64,000 nt of DNA from Planctomycetota bacterium (GCA_038060895.1 JBBTCT010000022.1:192001-256000), one strand, 5' to 3'. Shown: positions 1 to 7,089, numbered from the stretch's first letter. Made by a program: numbers and translations. The notes: generated from the sequence alone by a model not told the origin.

Positions 1-34
1 GGATTCGAAGCGCTTCGCGACGGCGGTCGAGCAA

Positions 35-2746
35 ATGTGTGCGGGCGAAGGCTCATTGGCGGAGACGCCCGTTCCCACGACCCGCACTCCGGCGCCGCGC
101 CCTTCGCAGGCCGGAAATCCAACGATTCTCGTCGCGCTGAAGCAGAAGCTGGGAGTTGCCGGGACCACTCCTGAAGTCCCCCACAGCGAAACGGGGGCCG
201 ATCGCTTTTCACTGCGCGCGGACTCGCCCTTAGGACCCGAACACGAAAAGCTCAACGCCGTGATGACCGAGGTCGTTGGCACGACGAACTACTACAGCCC
301 GGATTTCAGGAAGCTCGCGTCAGGACGCGCCGTGCTCGACACCAGTCGACCCGAACGCGGCCGGATGCTCTTGGCTGGAGCCGAGCGTCGCATCGGCGTC
401 CTCCTTGCTCCGGCGGCCGCGTTGAACGAGCCTGCCGTCTGGCAATCGCGCTATGCGGCCGCCGCCACAGTTTCTGCCCTGCGGCACTCTCCCGTGGACC
501 TCGATCGCGCGCAGCTGTTCGATTTTCTTCTCTACCTGTCCGCGCTTCAGGGACGCGAGATTCTGAACTGGGCGGAAGACTTCCCACGATTCCTGACGCA
601 GTTGGAGAGCGAGTCGGCGAGGGATCCGCTGACCGAGGGCGAAAGATACGTGCTCTTCCTCTGGCGTGCATGCCTCATGTCGGGGCCCCCGCTCGGGACG
701 TCGTCTCAGGAAATTGCGAAGCTCACGGCCCTCATTGGCGATGGCGCGATGTTCTTTCTCGTTCCGGGCGAAGCCTGGAGCGACGCTTTGAACACCTCGC
801 TGACGGAATTGCCGGCGCGTGGACGCGCCGCATGGAAGGATCTCCTCGTGCACGCTTTGACGGCCACCGCGTCCAGACCTTCCGAAAAGTGGTTGAAGAC
901 GGGGCGAAAGCTGATCGAAGGGGTCGGAGCCGAAACTGCGCGCGACTTTCTCTCAGCCTGGCTCGCACTCGTCCAGAAGGGCCAGACTATCAGGAAGCCG
1001 GGCGCGGGAGACGTCATCCACGAAGAGAACGCGACCTGCCTGCGCGGCTTGCTGTGGCTTGTCCCGCTTCTTCTTCGCCGGGACGACCTGGCGCGGACTG
1101 TCTCCTCCGTCGCGCTTTCCGCATATCGAAAGATCCCGGGCGTCGGTCCCCGCGCAGTAAAAGTGGGAAACGCCGCTGTTTACGCCCTTTCCGAGCTCGG
1201 CTCGACGGACGCCGTCGGGCAGCTCGCCATGCTAAAGGTGCGTGTGAAGTTCGGAACCGCACAAAAGGAGATCGAGAAAGCCTTCGATGCTTCGGCACAA
1301 GCGCTCGGCTTGCCACGTGATCAGATTGAAGAAATGGGAGTTCCGTCCTACGGGCTTGAAGAAGTGGGGCGGCTCAAGGAATCGATCGGGCAGTACCAGG
1401 CCGAGCTCCTGGTGACGGGGAGCGACGCCGAGCTGAAGTGGTCGGACGCAGCTGGAAAGGCGCTCAAATCAGTGCCCGCTGCATTGAAGAAAGAGCACGG
1501 GGAAGAGTTAAAGGAACTTCAGCAGTCGCTGAAAGACATCCAGGCAATGCTGCCGGCTCAGCGCGACCGGATCGACGCTCTCTTTCTCTCGCAGAAATCA
1601 TGGCCGCTCGGGGCATGGCGCGAACGCTATCTGGACCACCCGCTGGTCGGCTCGATCTCGCGGCGCCTCATCTGGTGCGTCGACGGCGCGCCCGCACTGT
1701 TCCTGGACGGAACTGCATCCGATGTTCACGGGAAGTCATTCCGCGCTTCGGAAGGGGCGACGATCACCCTTTGGCACCCCGTCGGCCGGAGTGTCGTCGA
1801 GATAACGTCCTGGAGGCGCCGCCTCGAGTCGCTCGGAGTCACTCAGCCCTTCAAGCAGGCCCATCGCGAGATCTACCTGCTGACCGACGCGGAGCTGCGC
1901 ACGAGGACCTATTCCAATCGCTTCGCGGCCCACATCCTCCGGCAGCACCAGTTCAACGCTCTCTGTGCGGCTCGCGGCTGGAAGAACAAGCTGCGCCTCA
2001 TGGTGGACGACACTTACCCACCTGCGACTCGCGACCTGCCCCAGTGGGGGTTGCGAGTGGAGTTCTGGATCGAAGGCGTCGGCACCGAGTACGGCGGGGA
2101 CACGAACGAGTCCGGGGTCTACCTGCGCGTCGCCACGGATCAAGTGCGCTTCTACCGCAGAGAAACCGCCGAGAGCCGCGCCCATGCTGGCGGCGGCGGC
2201 TATGCAGCGAACGCCGGCGGGCCGGCGCACGGCAATGACATCGAACCACTGACTCTCGACCTCATTCCGCCGCTGGTCTTTTCAGAGAGCATGCGCGATG
2301 TTGACTTGTTTGTCGGCGTCGGCTCCGTCGGAAACGACCCCACCTGGCAGGATGGCGGTCCTCAGGGTGCCTTCCGCGCCTACTGGCAGAGTTACTCGTT
2401 TGGCGAGCTCTCCGCGAGCGCGGCGACGCGGCGGGAGGTGCTTCAGCGTCTCGTCCCGCGCCTCAAGATCGCCGACCGATGCTCCTTCGCGGACCGCTTC
2501 CTCATCGTGCGTGGTGAGAAGCGCACGTACAAAATCCACCTGGGCTCGGGAAACATCCTGATGGAACCGAATGACCAGTACCTCTGCATTGTTCCGGACC
2601 AGCGAGCTCGCTCGGCCGAAGAGAGCCTGTACCTCCCATTCGAGGGTGATTCCGTGCTCTCCATCATCATTAGCAAGGCGCTCCTTCTCGCCGCTGACTC
2701 GAAGATCAAGGATCCCACGATCGTGACGCAGATCGAGAAGGTCTGA
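35..2746 (+). CDS. DUF4132 domain-containing protein (probably 5'-truncated by the window edge)
   Basis: Motifs YLDHPLV, QPFKQAHREIY, FSESMRDVDLFV and YKIHLGSGNILM are typical of DUF4132 proteins; the frame is open back to position 2. Confidence 0.85.
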   Translation: MCAGEGSLAETPVPTTRTPAPRPSQAGNPTILVALKQKLGVAGTTPEVPHSETGADRFSLRADSPLGPEHEKLNAVMTEVVGTTNYYSPDFRKLASGRAVLDTSRPERGRMLLAGAERRIGVLLAPAAALNEPAVWQSRYAAAATVSALRHSPVDLDRAQLFDFLLYLSALQGREILNWAEDFPRFLTQLESESARDPLTEGERYVLFLWRACLMSGPPLGTSSQEIAKLTALIGDGAMFFLVPGEAWSDALNTSLTELPARGRAAWKDLLVHALTATASRPSEKWLKTGRKLIEGVGAETARDFLSAWLALVQKGQTIRKPGAGDVIHEENATCLRGLLWLVPLLLRRDDLARTVSSVALSAYRKIPGVGPRAVKVGNAAVYALSELGSTDAVGQLAMLKVRVKFGTAQKEIEKAFDASAQALGLPRDQIEEMGVPSYGLEEVGRLKESIGQYQAELLVTGSDAELKWSDAAGKALKSVPAALKKEHGEELKELQQSLKDIQAMLPAQRDRIDALFLSQKSWPLGAWRERYLDHPLVGSISRRLIWCVDGAPALFLDGTASDVHGKSFRASEGATITLWHPVGRSVVEITSWRRRLESLGVTQPFKQAHREIYLLTDAELRTRTYSNRFAAHILRQHQFNALCAARGWKNKLRLMVDDTYPPATRDLPQWGLRVEFWIEGVGTEYGGDTNESGVYLRVATDQVRFYRRETAESRAHAGGGGYAANAGGPAHGNDIEPLTLDLIPPLVFSESMRDVDLFVGVGSVGNDPTWQDGGPQGAFRAYWQSYSFGELSASAATRREVLQRLVPRLKIADRCSFADRFLIVRGEKRTYKIHLGSGNILMEPNDQYLCIVPDQRARSAEESLYLPFEGDSVLSIIISKALLLAADSKIKDPTIVTQIEKV

Positions 2747-3134
2747 GAGGCCCCGGACCCTGCGCGCTTAAGGCAGTCTCGGAATCTCGCCGTGCCGGAC
2801 GGAAGTAACTGCATCGGATAACCGAGCCCAGACCGGCGAGTTCTTCGTTGCTTGAAAAGGGCTCCCCGATCAGAACTCGAACTGATTGCGCGAGCATTTC
2901 GCGATGATGGCGCTTCATGCATCGAAGCTGTCAAGGCGCCGCGTCCACGGGACAGGGCCTACTCGTGCGCTCAGCGGAAAGTTCGGATTTCATCCAGACT
3001 GGTGACCAGACTGGATACGAATACGAACTATGGCCGAGATGGCGAAGGGCCTCCAGTTCAGCTAACTGAAGCCAGCGGCGGAAGTTGCATCAATTTCTGC
3101 CTGCGACAGCTGATAGTTCGTATTTCATCCAAAG

Positions 3135-3207
3135 TGCCCCCCGCAGGATTCGAACCTGCACAAGACCGGTTTTGAATCGGTCGCCTCTGCCGTTGGGCTA
3201 CGAGGGC
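3135..3207 (-). tRNA. trnL: tRNA-Leu(CAA), short variable loop
   Basis: Cloverleaf; anticodon loop TT-CAA-AA; T-loop TTCGAAT; A73. Confidence 0.85.
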
Positions 3208-3219
3208 CTGCGAATCAAA

Positions 3220-3290
3220 AGCTCCCGATGGGAATCGAACCCACACCCTCCTGCTTACGAGGCAGGTGCTCTCCTTTGAGCTACAAGAGC
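3220..3290 (-). tRNA. trnT: tRNA-Thr(CGT)
   Basis: Stem CCTGC/GCAGG, loop CT-CGT-AA; T-loop TTCGATT. Confidence 0.9.
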
Positions 3291-3293
3291 GGA

Positions 3294-3364
3294 TGCGCTC
3301 GTCAGGACTCGAACCTGCATCGGCCGGTTATCGACCGGCTGCTCTACCGCTGAGCTACGGGCGC
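3294..3364 (-). tRNA. trnI: tRNA-Ile(GAT), C33
   Basis: Stem GCCGG/CCGGC, loop TC-GAT-AA; single mismatches in the acceptor and T stems. Confidence 0.8.
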
Positions 3365-3367
3365 GCA

Positions 3368-3438
3368 AGCCTCTCGAGGGGGACGATCCCTCTTCTCCTG
3401 CCTGGGAAGCAGGCGTTCCACCGTTAAACCAGAGAGGC
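3368..3438 (-). tRNA. trnG: tRNA-Gly(CCC), atypical T-loop
   Basis: Perfect acceptor stem, loop TT-CCC-AG, U73; T-loop ATCGTCC. Confidence 0.75.
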
Positions 3439-3442
3439 GAAG

Positions 3443-3514
3443 TGCTCTCGGCAGGAATCGAACCTGCGGTCTTCAGCATGTCGGGCTGCCGCTCTTCCGC
3501 TGAGCTACGAGAGC
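3443..3514 (-). tRNA. trnV: tRNA-Val(GAC), C33
   Basis: Loop CC-GAC-AT; acceptor GCTCTCG/CGAGAGC; A73. Confidence 0.85.
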
Positions 3515-3581
3515 CGTTCGACTCGCTTCGCTCGCTCACGGCGGAGCAGACGAGTTCGGTCGAATCGCGGGCAAAACCAGA

Positions 3582-3652
3582 TGGTCCCAGGAGGAGTTGA
3601 ACCTCCGTCGCCGGTATGTGAGACCGGCATTCTCCCGTTGAACTACGGGACC
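3582..3652 (-). tRNA. trnV: tRNA-Val(CAC)
   Basis: Stem CCGGT/ACCGG, loop CT-CAC-AT. Confidence 0.9.
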
Positions 3653-3654
3653 GA

Positions 3655-3727
3655 TGCTCGGGGGAGGATTCGAACCTCCACTGACCAGCTTCTGAGACTG
3701 GTGCCTCTGCCGTTGGGCTACGCGAGC
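3655..3727 (-). tRNA. trnL: tRNA-Leu(CAG), short variable loop
   Basis: Loop CT-CAG-AA; 5-nt variable region TCAGT; A73. Confidence 0.85.
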
Positions 3728-3856
3728 GTTGTGGTTGTCGCTGGGGACGACTGGATGTGGGCGGCCGTGCGGCGGAGGCGAAGGGTGCCCCGGCGCGCGC
3801 CTGGTTCATCAGCACTCTTGCGCCCGCAGCCTCCGACGCCGGGCGCCCACGTCCAG

Positions 3857-3932
3857 TCGGGATGGCTGGATTTGAACCAGCGATCTCCTCGTCCCGAACG
3901 AGGCGTGTTGAGCCAGGCTTCACTACATCCCG
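3857..3932 (-). tRNA. trnP: tRNA-Pro(CGG)
   Basis: C1-G72, A73, loop TT-CGG-GA. Confidence 0.9.
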
Positions 3933-3934
3933 GA

Positions 3935-4006
3935 AGCGACTGGTGGGACTCGAACCCACGTCGACCACCATGGCAAGGTGGCGCTCAGCCTCTGAGCCAC
4001 AGCCGC
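3935..4006 (-). tRNA. trnG: tRNA-Gly(GCC)
   Basis: Loop TT-GCC-AT, U73. Confidence 0.9.
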
Positions 4007-4020
4007 GTTTTGATTCAAGA

Positions 4021-4093
4021 AGCCCTCGGCGGGGATCGAACCCGCATCAGCTTGTTTGGAAGACAGGCGCCTTCGCCGTTCGGCCACGAGAGC
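4021..4093 (-). tRNA. trnG: tRNA-Gly(TCC)
   Basis: Loop CT-TCC-AA, U73. Confidence 0.85.
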
Positions 4094-4109
4094 GGAATTG
4101 TTGTAAGTG

Positions 4110-4185
4110 GGCCCTCGACGGGAGTCGAACCCGTCGTCTCCCTTCCTCATACGGAAGGGTGTCTCGCCGCTCGACTACGAGGACC
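4110..4185 (-). tRNA. Atypical tRNA: 8-bp acceptor (G-1:C73, His-like) and 20-nt anticodon arm; anticodon undetermined (possibly ATG)
   Basis: Acceptor GGTCCTCG/CGAGGGCC; normal D and T arms (TTCGACT); anticodon arm CCCTTCC-GTATGA-GGAAGGG. Confidence 0.7.
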
Positions 4186-4189
4186 GTTA

Positions 4190-4273
4190 TGGGTGCGGCA
4201 GGAGTTGAACCTGCTGAGCCCGCGAGGGCTGCTGGGTTACGGCCAGCTCAGTTTTCCGATTCCGTACACACCC
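4190..4273 (-). tRNA. trnY: tRNA-Tyr(GTA), C33, long variable arm
   Basis: Loop CC-GTA-AC; variable hairpin AGCCC-TCGC-GGGCT. Confidence 0.85.
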
Positions 4274-4320
4274 TGAGTTCGCGCGACGGGTCGGCGAGTC
4301 GCGCAATTGACGGTGGGCGC

Positions 4321-4457
4321 TTCGACTCGTGTCCGGGCGCTTCGCGCCCGGCACTCGCTCAGGGCATTCGCCTCGCCAGAGCCACCGTTCGCGGTCGGCT
4401 CCGCCATGAGCGAGCCCCCGTGAGAGGCGCGGTGCGCCTCTCACGGTGCGAGTCGAA
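4321..4457. repeat. REP-like palindromic repeat pair (TTCGACTCG...CTCGCTCA core)
   Basis: Inverted copies at 4321-4365 and 4403-4457; related copies at 3517-3542 and 5284-5339. Confidence 0.7.
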
Positions 4458-4529
4458 TGGAAGCGGCAGGGTTCGCACCTGCGTCGGCTCGTTTAGGAAA
4501 CGAGGGCCTGTCTACTCGGCCACACTTCC
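4458..4529 (-). tRNA. trnR: tRNA-Arg(CCT), A18/G55
   Basis: Loop TT-CCT-AA; D-loop AGTAGAC; T-loop TGCGAAC. Confidence 0.85.
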
Positions 4530-4531
4530 GA

Positions 4532-4602
4532 TGGGGACGGAGGGAGTTGAACCCGCATCACGAGGTTCGTAGTCTCGTGTCCTTCCGTTGGACGACGTCC
4601 CC
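4532..4602 (-). tRNA. trnR: tRNA-Arg(ACG)
   Basis: Loop CT-ACG-AA; A20 present. Confidence 0.85.
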
Positions 4603-4608
4603 GACTCA

Positions 4609-4681
4609 TGGTGAAGGGTGGGATCGAACCACCACATCCTGGTCTTCAGCCAGGCGCTCAGACCCTCTGAGCTACTTCACC
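4609..4681 (-). tRNA. trnF: tRNA-Phe(GAA)
   Basis: Perfect stems; loop CT-GAA-GA. Confidence 0.9.
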
Positions 4682-4686
4682 GCAAA

Positions 4687-4757
4687 TAGGCGCGGCGGGA
4701 ATCGAACCCGCTCTTTCAGGTTGAAGGCCTGGGTGCCTGCCATTAGCTGACGCGCCC
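4687..4757 (-). tRNA. trnE: tRNA-Glu(TTC), C33
   Basis: Loop CC-TTC-AA; T-loop TTCGATT. Confidence 0.8.
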
Positions 4758-4768
4758 GCACGATTGGA

Positions 4769-4841
4769 TGGGAGCGGAGGGATTCGAACCCTTCCTCGTC
4801 CGGGTTAAAAATCCGGTGCTCAGCCACTGAGCGACGCGCCC
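4769..4841 (-). tRNA. trnK: tRNA-Lys(TTT)
   Basis: Loop TT-TTT-AA; a few stem mismatches. Confidence 0.8.
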
Positions 4842-4849
4842 TTGCGCAA

Positions 4850-4921
4850 TAGAGTCGGTGGGACTTGAACCCACATAGGCCTGCTTAAGAGGCAGGAGCT
4901 CGGCCGTTGAGCGACGACTCT
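4850..4921 (-). tRNA. trnK: tRNA-Lys(CTT)
   Basis: Perfect stems; loop CT-CTT-AA. Confidence 0.9.
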
Positions 4922-4925
4922 GTAA

Positions 4926-4998
4926 TAGGGATGGAGGGATTCGAACCCTCGTCTCCAGGCTGAGAACCTGGCCGCCTTGGCCACTGGCCGACATCCCC
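4926..4998 (-). tRNA. trnE: tRNA-Glu(CTC)
   Basis: Loop TT-CTC-AG. Confidence 0.85.
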
Positions 4999-5009
4999 GG
5001 GCGTAGAAA

Positions 5010-5080
5010 CAGGGGGGGCTGGATTCGAACCAGCAGAACGAGTGTCAGAGGCTCGGGGGTTACCGTTACCCGACCCCCCT
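5010..5080 (-). tRNA. trnQ: tRNA-Gln(CTG)
   Basis: Loop CT-CTG-AC; G73. Confidence 0.85.
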
Positions 5081-5087
5081 CTTTTGA

Positions 5088-5158
5088 CAGAGGCGGAAGG
5101 AATCGCACCCTCATCACCGGACTTGGAAACCGGAGTCCTGCTGTTGGACGACGCCTCT
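5088..5158 (-). tRNA. trnW: tRNA-Trp(CCA), A18/G55
   Basis: Loop TT-CCA-AG; A1-U72, G73; T-loop TGCGATT. Confidence 0.85.
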
Positions 5159-5163
5159 ACGAA

Positions 5164-5235
5164 TGGAAGTGGTGGGAATCGAACCCACAGTCTCCTGCTT
5201 GCGGAGCAGGCGCCTTCCCGTTGGGCTACACCCCC
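5164..5235 (-). tRNA. trnA: tRNA-Ala(CGC), C33
   Basis: G3:U70 identity pair; loop TC-CGC-AA. Confidence 0.9.
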
Positions 5236-5276
5236 GAATGCAAGTCCTTCAACTGGTCAAAGCCTCCGTCCCGTCT

Positions 5277-5339
5277 CGGCTCCGCCATGAGCGAGCCCCC
5301 GTGAGAGGCGCGAAGCGCCTCACATGGGGGCGAGTCGAA
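5277..5339. repeat. REP-like repeat, near-identical to 4396-4457
   Basis: cggctccgccatgagcgagcccccgtgagaggcgc...gcgagtcgaa is shared by both copies. Confidence 0.8.
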
Positions 5340-5411
5340 TGGAAGCGGCGGGAATCGAACCCGCATGGGCCTGTCTGCCGGACAGGTGCCTTCCCGTTAG
5401 GCAACGCCCCC
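5340..5411 (-). tRNA. trnA: tRNA-Ala(GGC), C33
   Basis: G3:U70; loop CC-GGC-AG. Confidence 0.9.
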
Positions 5412-5546
5412 GACGTTTTCGTCGTTTTCCATTCCCGTGCGCGAGGATGTCGTGCGGCGCAGCGAGGAGGTGCGTCGGGCCCGCGCCGGCCATTTGGCGC
5501 GGAGTCCGGCGCGCTTCCTCGCGAAGCCGCACGACATCCTCGCGCA

Positions 5547-5638
5547 CGGGGAGTGGGGTTTTCTACCCCCGGGGGCCGCCTTGAGGGCGGCCCGCCTCGT
5601 TAGCAATGAGGTGCTTTAAGCCGCTCAGCCACCTCCCC
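5547..5638 (-). tRNA. trnS: tRNA-Ser(GCT), degenerate T-arm (possible pseudogene)
   Basis: Loop TT-GCT-AA, long variable hairpin; T-loop reads TAGAAAA. Confidence 0.7.
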
Positions 5639-5666
5639 GGATTTGCGCGATGGGATCGCGCATTGA

Positions 5667-5755
5667 AGGAAGGTGAAGGATTCGAACCTTCGTCCCCCTC
5701 GCGGGGGCTCCTGTTTTCGAGACAGGCGCGATAAGCCGGACTCTGCCAACCTTCC
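5667..5755 (-). tRNA. trnS: tRNA-Ser(CGA)
   Basis: Loop CT-CGA-AA, long variable arm. Confidence 0.9.
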
Positions 5756-5760
5756 GTGGA

Positions 5761-5833
5761 CAGGGGCACCAGGATTCGAACCTGGATCAACCTCCTTAAC
5801 AGGGAGGTGACTTACCGGTTAGCCCACACCCCT
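5761..5833 (-). tRNA. trnN: tRNA-Asn(GTT)
   Basis: Loop CT-GTT-AA; G73. Confidence 0.9.
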
Positions 5834-5950
5834 AACTTGCACGGGCCTTTCCGCTCGTGCCGCGTGCGGCGGAGCGAATCTGGACGCCGCGCCCGCGCCG
5901 GACTTTCGGCGCGGCGTGCGGCGTCCGGATTCGCGGAGCCGCATGCGGCA

Positions 5951-6024
5951 CGAGGGCGACGGGATTTGAACCCGTGATCTCCGCCGTGACAGGGCGGTGT
6001 CTTGAGCCTCTGGACGACGCCCCC
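5951..6024 (-). tRNA. trnD: tRNA-Asp(GTC)
   Basis: Loop CT-GTC-AC; G73. Confidence 0.92.
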
Positions 6025-6028
6025 AGAA

Positions 6029-6100
6029 TCGCGCCTGCAGGAATCGAACCTGCCTGCTCCTGGTTCCAGGCCAGGCGCGCAGCCACTGCGCCAAGACGCG
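6029..6100 (-). tRNA. trnP: tRNA-Pro(TGG), C33/A37
   Basis: C1-G72, A73; loop CC-TGG-AA. Confidence 0.85.
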
Positions 6101-6216
6101 AGGAATTGCTTTTTTGCCGGGCCGTTCCATTTGCGGAGGGGTGGGAGTCGAAGGAACGCGGAGTCGCGCGGCCGTTCGTGCGACTCCGCGTTCCTTCGAC
6201 TCCCACCCCTCCGCAA

Positions 6217-6290
6217 AGCGCGGAAGTGGATTCGAACCACTGCGCACCGGTTTTGCGGACCGAGCCGTTGAGCCACTCCGGCATCCGCGC
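6217..6290 (-). tRNA. trnC: tRNA-Cys(GCA), C33
   Basis: Loop CC-GCA-AA; U73. Confidence 0.85.
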
Positions 6291-6296
6291 GCTTGA

Positions 6297-6367
6297 TAGC
6301 GGGAAGGGGAATCGCACCCCTGTGTGCGGCTTATGAGACCGCCGATCAGCTACTGATCCATCCCGCA
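6297..6367 (-). tRNA. trnM: tRNA-Met(CAT), unpaired 1x72, A18/G55
   Basis: Loop CT-CAT-AA; T1xT72 mismatch; T-loop TGCGATT. Confidence 0.8.
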
Positions 6368-6567
6368 GGGATTTGAGGTGGGAGGTTGTTGATTTGCGAG
6401 GCGAGACGAACGGCCGCCTCGCCTCGCACATCAACAACCTCCCACCTCAAATCCCCGGTACGGCAATGACCGCACGAACAGGGGAGAAAAGAACCGGCCC
6501 GGGCGCGTCGCCGTGAGGGGGGGAGGGGCGGACGTCGGGGGAGGGCCATTGTTGCCCGGGCCGGGGA

Positions 6568-6640
6568 TGTGTCCGGCAGGAGTCGCACCTGCAACCTCCA
6601 GATTCGGAGACTGGGGCTCTTCTGGTTGAGCTACAGACAC
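6568..6640 (-). tRNA. trnR: tRNA-Arg(CCG), A18/G55
   Basis: Loop CT-CCG-AA; T-loop TGCGACT. Confidence 0.85.
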
Positions 6641-6789
6641 AGGGAAGAAGGGTCGTTTTGCCGTTCGCCAATTCGCGCTTCGGGATGATGAAGCGACGGG
6701 GTCGGGGCGAGCGGCCACACTTGAAGGCAAGCTGACCAGAGATTGTGAGCGAGCTCCGACTCCGTCGCTTCATCATCCCGAGGCGCGAA

Positions 6790-6860
6790 TTGGGGCGGCA
6801 CGACTCGAACGTGCACGGCGAGGTTCAAGGGCTCGCGGCCTACCTTTAGCTGACGCCCCA
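6790..6860 (-). tRNA. trnQ: tRNA-Gln(TTG), C33
   Basis: U1-A72; loop CC-TTG-AA. Confidence 0.85.
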
Positions 6861-6994
6861 GAAGTTTCGTTGCCGTCCTGAATGCAGGGGTGTGATCGAT
6901 CGATTGGCTTGTCGTTCGGCCCGGGCGGAGCCGGCCGTATGGCGGAGGTCGGGACGAACGACGAGCCAATCGATCGATCACACCCCTGCATTCA

Positions 6995-7067
6995 TCGGGG
7001 TTGAAGGAGTTGAACCTTCATCTGCGCATTGAGGGGGCGCCGTCCTCAGCCATTAGACGAAACCCCA
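6995..7067 (-). tRNA. trnE: tRNA-Glu(CTC), second copy, C33
   Basis: Loop CC-CTC-AA; T-loop TTCAACT. Confidence 0.75.
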
Positions 7068-7089
7068 GGAAGGCGAGGGCAGCAGAGAT

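Noticed and set aside
4140-4159. Reading the odd tRNA as Tyr(GTA) or as an inverted CAT loop
   Set aside because: Neither register gives a paired 5-bp stem with a 7-nt loop
3748-6994. CRISPR-like reading of the alternating tRNA/hairpin pattern
   Set aside because: No constant direct repeat with unique spacers and no cas genes
6995-7067. Possible TCA (Sec/opal) anticodon in loop CCCTCAA
   Set aside because: The stem register places CTC at 34-36; there is no long variable arm or Sec-type acceptor
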